NCBI GenBank assembly: GCA_951406725.2 | Contig: OX597818.1 | Location: 23,684,001-23,748,000, forward strand | DNA length: 64,000 nucleotides | DNA from: Octopus vulgaris | Taxonomy: Eukaryota | Direction of reading: 5' to 3' | Program-made: the position numbers and the translations under genes | Part shown: piece by piece, positions 55,774 to 64,000 of the stretch | Numbering within the stretch: position 1 is the stretch's first letter | Layout: each line of letters starts with the position of its first letter | Notes under the pieces: model-generated | Told to the model about the DNA's origin: nothing | The model's input: the letters and a program-made list of their open reading frames with translations, nothing else | Database searches by the model: none

Positions 55774-56291
55774 TATTTTTGTTATTTTTTATTTGCCCTG
55801 TCCGTGTGAGCTAACAATCGTACTGACTTTCATGGGAAACATGTATTTTTAGTGGTTGAAACCTTTTGGATTAACTGGTGCTAGAGTGAGCCATATAGTG
55901 ACCACTCTCTTATATTTATTTTGTAAAAATATTATAATATATTATAAAATATTATAATAATCCAGGTTTCTCGGAGCACTAGGCCACTTGGTGTTGAATG
56001 GATATACTATTAAATTAGTATCTAATTCTCTCACCCTTATTAATTAATTATATATATATTATATATATTATATCCCAACTGATATTCCTGTATGTTATAT
56101 TTTAATAATTACTGGTATCTATATATATTAATATATTTTATATGTAAAGCATAATATGTTATACATATATAGGTAATTCTTGTAATTGTCATTTTAGTAA
56201 ATAAGTAAATAAATAAATTGACATAATATAATGTCTAAAAGTTGATGAACCACCTATTGATCCCATCCATTTTCTTATTGCTTATATTATA

Positions 56292-56354
<63 letters not shown>

Positions 56355-56387
56355 TGTATGTGTGTGTGTACATGTGTGCGTGTGTAA

Positions 56388-56442
<55 letters not shown>

Positions 56443-56651
56443 ATACTAATACATCTATTTGTTGTCTACGCCACCTGTCGTCGTCTTTTGCTTTTTTGTG
56501 AATTCTCCCTATATATATATATATATATATATATATCGTAGTTATACTGTATATGTTTTTGTATGGGTGTAAGGATATAACTAGATAACAAACCCATCAA
56601 TCTGTGAGGATGAGGGAGAAAAGGTTGAAAATTACTGACATGAATGTTTAT

Positions 56652-56716
<65 letters not shown>

Positions 56717-56920
56717 TGTGTGTTTGTGTGTGTGCATGTGAACATTTCTTCCTTTTACTTTTATGGTGTGACTTTAGGTAGAAGAATAAATAAATGATAT
56801 TATTATTAGCTTTCTGTCAAAGTTTTGTTTTTTTTTTTATCTCTTTGTCTCTTTTTAACAGAATAGATAAGAAATTGTTTCTACTATTCAGCAGCACTTG
56901 TGCAAAGTATATAAGTTGTA

Positions 56921-58308
56921 GGTACTTGTCAATTGTCGTGGTCCCGGTTTTGCACACGCGAATTCGCGCGCGCGCGCGCCAGACGTAGGTACTCCATACT
57001 CGAGATCCTACGAGGTGACTTGCGCATGCGCAGTGCAGAATTCGCGCGTGCGCGTTAAACCCCCCCCCCTAAAAAAAAAGGTGTTGGATTTCACTAAAAA
57101 TATATATGTGTGTGTGTGTGTGTGTGTGTATATATAACATTTTCAATTTTACACAAAAAAATTACATAGTCGCTTTCCTCGCGGATTTACAGAGAAATGA
57201 ATTAATTACTATTTTACAGAATAAAATTAATGAATTAATTATATAAATTAAATAATTCTTGAAAATTAATTAATATTAATAATATTTTTTGAACAAAGTA
57301 AATAATTTATAAAACTTGGTTAATAATTTTTTTTACACAAACGCGAACGTATATAATTTGTGAAACTTTTTTTTTTTTTTTACAGACGTATATAATTTGG
57401 TAAACTTAATGAATTAATTTCTTCTCATCATCATCATCATTTAACGTCCGTTCTCCATGCCAGCATGGGTTGGACGGTTCGACCGGGGATCTGGGAAGCC
57501 AGAAGGCTGCACCAGACTCCAGTCTTATCTGGCAATGTTTCTACAGCTGGATGCCCTTCCTAACGCCAACCACTCCGAGAGTGTAGTGGGTGCTTTTTAC
57601 ATGCCACCCGCACAGGTGCCAGGCGAGGCTGGCAACGGCCACGGTCGGATTGGTGCCAGTCGAGGCGGCTCTGGCATCGGCCACGATTCGGATAGTGCTT
57701 TTTACGTACCACCAGTCCAGGGGTCCTGGCATTTGCCGGGTGCCACACTTGCCCCAACATGTCTTCGCAAGCAAAGGGGGTTGGCATGGGTGCCTGTCGT
57801 GGGATGAGGTTCGATATCAACTTCGCTTGCCTCAACAGGTCTTTGTGTATAAATGTATAAATTTTTCGCACTAAATTCTTTCCGTAGAATTTATCAAAAA
57901 ACGCGCAAAATTATTCCGTAGACTTTATCAAATTAAAAAACGCAAAATTAATATATTTTTTGAAATTGCAAATTATTTAGAATATAAAACAAATTAAGTT
58001 AAATTTTAAAAATAAATGTCATATACTTATACTCTGTAAGGTGCTGTGTTCACACTTCAATTTACTATTTTCTAGAAATGTTGCTTTTCTAATTGAAACA
58101 ATTTTTCTCAATCTCCATTTAAAAGTCCATAATGCCTCTTGAGCCATATCAAAATGAACAACTTTGAATTACCCGGTGGTGGTGGTGGTGGTGGTGTGAG
58201 GTTCTAATTTTTTTCTGATCTCTCTTTGCCCCCCCCCCCTAGATGGAGGTGTGGTGGGGAGACAGATGAAAGATGTTTCATTCTCTACTATATATGTATA
58301 TATATATA

Positions 58309-58347
<39 letters not shown>

Positions 58348-60063
58348 TATATAGAAGGAGCTTCTACAGGACTAGTACTGTTTCATTCAAGAGCTTCCTG
58401 AAGATTTCTCTTGAATGAAACAGTACTAGTCCTGTAGAAGCTCCTTCTATATAATAAATTAATTTTACTCTGCTATGTATTGAGTACCTTACTTACTGTG
58501 GTTAACCCCGAATCAACCCGGGACCTACATATATATATATATATATATATATTTCTTAAACCTACACGATATAGTCTATAAATTTGGGATGTTTTTGAAA
58601 GATAATATATTTTGTCATCAGAATATATATACTTTCTCACACTACAATTAAGATATATTTATTTTAAATCGTTCATCTTTTCCCGCGACAACAAAAATTG
58701 GGCGCGAAAATTTTTCTAAATATTAGCTGAATGAACAACTGAGATAAAGAGGGGGCAAAGAGAGATCAGAAAAAAAATTAGAACCTCACACCACCACCAC
58801 CACCACCACCGGGTAATTCAAAGTTGTTCATTTTGATATGGCTCAAGAGGCATTATGGACTTTTAAATGGAGATTGAGAAAAATTGTTTCAATTAGAAAA
58901 GCAACATTTCTAGAAAATAGTAAATTGAAGTGTGAACACAGCACCTTACAGAGTATAAGTATATGACATTTATTTTTAAAATTTAACTTAATTTGTTTTA
59001 TATTCTAAATAATTTGCAATTTCAAAAAATATATTAATTTTGCGTTTTTTAATTTGATAAAGTCTACGGAATAATTTTGCGCGTTTTTTGATAAATTCTA
59101 CGGAAAGAATTTAGTGCGAAAAATTTATACATTTATACACAAAGACCTGTTGAGGCAAGCGAAGTTGATATCGAACCTCATCCCACGACAGGCACCCATG
59201 CCAACCCCCTTTGCTTGCGAAGACATGTTGGGGCAAGTGTGGCACCCGGCAAATGCCAGGACCCCTGGACTGGTGGTACGTAAAAAGCACTATCCGAATC
59301 GTGGCCGATGCCAGAGCCGCCTCGACTGGCACCAATCCGACCGTGGCCGTTGCCAGCCTCGCCTGGCACCTGTGCGGGTGGCATGTAAAAAGCACCCACT
59401 ACACTCTCGGAGTGGTTGGCGTTAGGAAGGGCATCCAGCTGTAGAAACATTGCCAGATAAGACTGGAGTCTGGTGCAGCCTTCTGGCTTCCCAGATCCCC
59501 GGTCGAACCGTCCAACCCATGCTGGCATGGAGAACGGACGTTAAACGATGATGATGATGAGAAGAAATTAATTCATTAAGTTTACCAAATTATATACGTC
59601 TGTAAAAAAAAAAAAAGTTTCACAAATTATATACGTTCGCGTTTGTGTAAAAAAAATTATTAACCAAGTTTTATAAATTATTTACTTTGTTCAAAAAATA
59701 TTATTAATATTAATTAATTTTCAAGAATTATTTAATTTATATAATTAATTCATTAATTTTATTCTGTAAAATAGTAATTAATTCATTTCTCTGTAAATCC
59801 GCGAGGAAAGCGACTATGTAATTTTTTTGTGTAAAATTGAAAATGTTATATATACACACACACACACACACACACATATATATTTTTAGTGAAATCCAAC
59901 ACCTTTTTTTTTAGGGGGGGGGGGTTTAACGCGCACGCGCGAATTCTGCACTGCGCATGCGCAAGTCACCTCGTAGGATCTCGAGTATGGAGTACCTACG
60001 TCTGGCGCGCGCGTGCGCGAATTCGCGTGTGCAAAACCGGGACCACGACAATTGACAAGTACC
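56921..60063. mobile_element. Foldback/Mutator-like non-autonomous element with ~1.3-kb TIRs
   Basis: Arms 56921-58233 and 58751-60063 are near-perfect reverse complements; GGTAC...GTACC termini; 9-bp TSD TAAGTTGTA (56912-56920, 60064-60072). Confidence 0.9.
58391..58443 (+). ncRNA. Type I hammerhead ribozyme in a hairpin pseudo-LTR
   Basis: GAGCTTC / CTGAAGA / tTTC-tctt-GAAt / GAA-ACAG-tactagtc-CTGT-A / GAAGCTC: 7-bp stem I, GUA site; lies within a perfect 52-bp-arm hairpin at 58342-58459. Confidence 0.8.
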
Positions 60064-60855
60064 TAAGTTGTATTTGTTCCCTATCATCCTGTGTTGTATT
60101 ATATAGAGTAGTCTTTGTAATATACTTCAGAATTATTGCTATACTCTCTTATACAAATCATGAACATAGTACGGCACATTGTTCCGGGTTCAATCGGACA
60201 AAATGACTTCTTCACTTATCTCGAGCCGACCGAAGCCTTGTGAGTGGATTTGGTAAACGGTATGCGTGTGTGTGTGTGTATGTGTTGTTTCTCTATGTGT
60301 CTGTGTTTGTCCCCCACCACCGCTTGACAACCGGTGTTGGTGTGTTTATGTCCCCGTAAACTAGTGGTTCAGCAAAAAAAAAACATCGATAGAATAAGTA
60401 CCCGGCCTAAAAAAAGTAAGTCCTGGGGTCGATTTGTCCGACTAAAACCCTTAAGGCGGTGCTCCAGCATGGCCGCGACTAGATACATGCATACGTGATA
60501 TAGATACATGCATGCATGAACATACGCACTTACAAACACACACACGGGCGCGAACACGCACGCACGCGCAAACATACACACACATACGCGCGCGCGCATA
60601 GAATGGTGTATCGCAATGACAAGATTGATGTCAGATTTCCAGACGAAGAAGTTGACAGTTCGAGTCATACCTCGAGTATCCTGCAGTCACTGTAGTCAAT
60701 ACATTTAACCCTGATTCGATTCAGCTGTGCTTCCATGTATCACCAACAGGTACAACAATAGGAGCTGTTAATTACTAATGAACGAATGCTTTGTGAGCTG
60801 ATCAAGTCGAGGTCAAACCTGGCCGGTGGTTCGGACTTGGCAACGGAGAACCATT

Positions 60856-61189
60856 TTTTTTTTTTTTCTTTTTTGTTCCTTCTCGAGCCATGCGTGGCTC
60901 ATTAGGGCCGGTTTTCCGGTTTCTTGGCGTATAGGTTCCCCACCTTGACGGGACGCCGGTCCGTCGCAGGTGAGCTGCAAGATGCAGGAGGAAAGAGTGA
61001 GAGAAAGTTGTGACGAAAGAATCAGCAGAAGTTTCACCATTACCTTCTGCCGGAGCTGCGTGGAGCTTAGGTGTTTCGCTCATAAACACACACATCGCCG
61101 AGATTTGAACACACACATCGCCGAAATTTGAACCCGCGATCCCTCGACCGTGAGTCCGCTGCTCTAACCACTAGGCCATGTACCTCCAC
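60856..61189 (-). mobile_element. tRNA-derived SINE (family C, tail 2) with A-rich tail and TSD
   Basis: Minus-strand A box TGGCCTAGTGG and B box GGTTCAAATT; TSD AACGGAGAACCATT (60842-60855, 61190-61203). Confidence 0.9.
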
Positions 61190-61214
61190 AACGGAGAACC
61201 ATTACTGAAGTAGA

Positions 61215-61411
61215 TGCAGGCATGGTTGTGTGATTAAAAAACTCGCTTTGCAACCGCATGGCTTCAGGTCCAATGCCTGTATGCCGCACTTTGGGCAAGT
61301 GTCTTCTACTATAGCACTGGGCTGACCAATGCTTTCTGAGATTTAGTGAATGAAAACTGTGTAGCAGCCTATCGTGTATAAAGGTAGATAGATAGATAGA
61401 TAGATAGATAT

Positions 61412-61495
<84 letters not shown>

Positions 61496-61615
61496 GTAGA
61501 ATGTGTGTGTGTGTGTCTTTGCGTTGACCTCTACGCTACAGCTTGACAACGGTGTTGGTTTGTTTACGTCGCCATATCTAGTGTTTGAGCCAAACTGACC
61601 GGTAGAAAAAGTAAA
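61215..61615 (+). mobile_element. SINE family A, diverged, with (GATA)n interior
   Basis: Head and TTGGGCAAGTGTCTTCTACTATAGC core; another partial copy at 60220-60480. Confidence 0.7.
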
Positions 61616-61618
61616 GTA

Positions 61619-62334
61619 CAGTAAACCCTCACCATATCGCGGTTAACCTATTGCATACACAGTACATTGCAGTTCACTTATCGCGTACACAGTACATCGC
61701 GGATTTTTTTTCTGGCTAATACACATAAATTTAGGGCGGCGAGCTGACAGAATCGTTAGCGTGCCGGGCGAAATGCTTAGCGGTATTTCACTGCCAATAT
61801 GTTCTGAGTTCAAATTCCGCCGAGGTCGCCTTTGCCTTTCATCCTTTCGGGGTTGATTAAATAAATACCAGTTACGCACTGGGGTCAATGTAATCGACTT
61901 AATCCGTTTGTCTGTCCTTGTTTGTCCCCCCCCCCCCTGTGTTTAGCCCCTTGTGGGTAGTAAAGAAATATATATTTAAAGGCGAAGAGCTGGCAGAAAC
62001 GTTAGCACACTGGGCGAAATGCTTAGCGGTATTTCGTCTGCCGTTACGTTCTGAGTTCAAATTCCGCCGAGGTCGACTTTGCCTTTCATCCTTTCGGGGT
62101 CGATTAAATAAGTACCAGTTACGCACTGGGGTCGATGTAATCGACTTAATCACTTTGTCCTCTAGGTTTAGTTCCCTGTGGGCAATAAAGAAATAAATAT
62201 ATGTAAATTTATATCGCGGACTCTTCGGTATATCGCGGGTTTCTGCGGCTGATATGTATTTATATTTTTTAGATTTCAATTATTTCTGTGGGCGGTTTTG
62301 GAATGTAACACCCGCGATACGCGAGGGGTTACTG
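61619..62334. mobile_element. Pogo/Tigger-like MITE with two nested SINE B copies (about 61733-62200)
   Basis: TA-CAGTAAACCCTCACCATATCGCGG ... CCGCGATACGCGAGGGGTTACTG; repeated ATCGCG(G) internal motifs. Confidence 0.75.
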
Positions 62335-62534
62335 CTAGCTATATACCTTTCGAGGCGCTGTCCCAGTATAGCTGCAGTCTAATGACAAAAACAAGTGAAA
62401 GATAAAAAATAGAAATCAGCAAAACCCACTAGTAGTTTGTCCCGTCTCCTGGCGAGACCATCAACTTTGTAAAACACTAGAAGGCAACAGCGACAACATT
62501 ATATTTATCTTGGGGCATCACAAAAGCAAAAATA

Positions 62535-62771
62535 CAGGGCTGGCCAAAAGTCACCCGACAGTAAATCAAACTTCCATAAATTCTATCTGTAATTCTGTAT
62601 TGACTTGAATGGAAAAATGTGTCGCTCAAGAAGGACTTCAGTTTGAACAATTTTCATGATGTTTCATATTTAGATGCTTTTATTAAATTCGTTCAGTTGT
62701 TAAACATAAATAAATCTTGGAATTAAATGGTTTTGATTTACTACTGTCTGGTGACTTTTGGCCAATCTCTC
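62535..62771. mobile_element. Tc1/mariner-type MITE
   Basis: TA-CAGGGCTGGCCAAAAGTCACCCGACAGTAAATCAAA pairs with TTTGATTTAC..TGTCTGGTGACTTTTGGCCA..-TA. Confidence 0.75.
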
Positions 62772-63690
62772 TATATGAGTAAAGTATTCCGTGGAGGACT
62801 ATTTGTTCCGCTAATCGCAGCTTGTCCAGCATCCTTGTTCTTGCCCACCATCTTTGTTCTTGTCTACCAAGAATGTTAAAGAATATAATTATCTTTCGTC
62901 CGCGAAAGCGCTCATCTTCATAGAAAAGGTGAAAATATGATGTCGATGTGTATTTTTTTTTGTCTCCCAAACCCCTCAAAGGCATTAACAACTATCAAAA
63001 CTGAATTTCTTAAGCCGCTGCCAAGAATTTCCTCCTCACATTTCCACAGTGATTGACACGAGTAAAAACGACGGAAGCCTGTATGCAGCTACTCGACATG
63101 CTAGAAACACCAGCTAAATTTCCTTCATATCAAACCCTTCCGTCGTAAAAATAAAATAGGACTTATTGGATATCGTCCCAGATAGATCACGCCTGAAAAG
63201 GAGTAAAAAAAAAAAACAGACAGTATAGTCACGGCCTTACACCATAGATTTGCTTAATCCGAGCTAGTTTTCTGCAAAACAACAATAGTGATCGATATGC
63301 TAGACATCATATACTGCACACGTGATACCCTATAAGTTGGCAAGACTTCCGCCCGTCCCCCTGAAACACAAAAAAAAACACCCTTAAATTTTTTTTTTCG
63401 ACATAACCCCCCCCCCCCCTCCTTTTTCAGCTATGGGGACATACGAATCTGCAAAAAAATTGCCAGAAATCGACATTTCTAACTTACCCCCACCCCCATT
63501 TCCTTCACTTTCACTTTTTTCAGTTTTTTTTTTTTTTCAAAATATGCGGAAAAATACGGGAAATTATGATTCTGAAAAAAAATTTCCAAAAACTTTTGTA
63601 AAATTTTTTTTAAGAATTTTTTTTTTTTCTAAAGATGCAGGAAAATACGGACATTATGAGTCGGACAAAAATTTCGAAACATTTCTGTAC

Positions 63691-63816
63691 TTACGGTTAT
63701 GGTTAGGGTTTTAGGGTTAGGGTTGGGGTTAGGGTTTTAGGGTTAGGGTTGGGGTTAGGGTTTAGGGTTAGGGTTTAGGGTTTAGAGTTAGGGTTAGGGT
63801 TAGGGTTTTAAGGTTA
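63691..63816 (+). repeat. Degenerate (TTAGGG)n tract inside a dispersed repeat (about 63335-63913)
   Basis: TTAGGG, TTGGGG and TTTTAGGG variants; flanked by inverted sub-repeats at 63436-63475 and 63878-63913. Confidence 0.85.
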
Positions 63817-64000
63817 TTGTTGGGGAAAAAAGTCAAAATTGAAGAAGTTGGAGGGGAAAGGGAGAAATTTCACAATGCTGATTTTTGGCAATTTTCCAGA
63901 ACCTCCGTATCCGAAAACGAGTATTGAAACCGTAACTCTAAGGCGCTCGTCACTAAGTACTATAAACATGACGTCTTCAAACCAAACTAGTGAAGAGATC

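Larger units (their letters stand above)
54485..56052. mobile_element. 536-bp hammerhead-bearing unit in tandem plus inverted tandem (retrozyme / non-autonomous Penelope-like)
   Basis: Period 536 (54501 vs 55037; 55328 vs 55864); direct block 54485-55329, inverted block 55328-56052; no ORF in the track; AT/(TA)n flanks. Confidence 0.85.

Noticed and set aside
54485-56052. CRISPR array or LTR retrotransposon
   Set aside because: No repeat-spacer structure, no TG...CA LTR ends, PBS or internal coding region; the context is eukaryotic.
57457-59528. Four pairs of identical ORFs on opposite strands
   Set aside because: They arise from the GC-rich RTE 3' UTR duplicated in the foldback arms; no protein motif is recognisable.
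63691-63816. True chromosome end
   Set aside because: The tract is short, degenerate and followed by non-telomeric sequence.

Overview
AT-rich, microsatellite-dense eukaryotic DNA whose SINE repertoire resembles an octopus (coleoid cephalopod) genome; the species assignment is inference. No intact host gene or host exon could be supported. Nearly all track ORFs are microsatellite or repeat read-throughs, and the real coding remnants are decayed transposons: mariner (two near full-length), maT/Tc1-like fragments, a Buster-type hAT, RTE, L1/Tx1-like and R4/NeSL-like LINEs, and a ~2 kb Penelope RT/GIY-YIG relic that the ORF track misses. Highlights: (1) a near-identical 536-bp non-coding unit carrying a complete type I hammerhead ribozyme, arranged as 1.6 tandem copies plus 1.35 inverted copies in AT/(TA)n sequence (54.5-56.1 kb; retrozyme or non-autonomous Penelope-like); (2) several unrelated hammerhead-bearing pseudo-LTR families, mostly in (TA)n and often forming hairpins; (3) a 3.1-kb foldback/MULE-like element with ~1.3-kb near-identical arms and a 9-bp TSD, with a LINE 3' fragment in both arms and a hammerhead hairpin in its spacer; (4) an apparent switch from CpG-depleted to CpG-retaining sequence near 37-38 kb. 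All alignments were done by eye, so ends of decayed elements are approximate.
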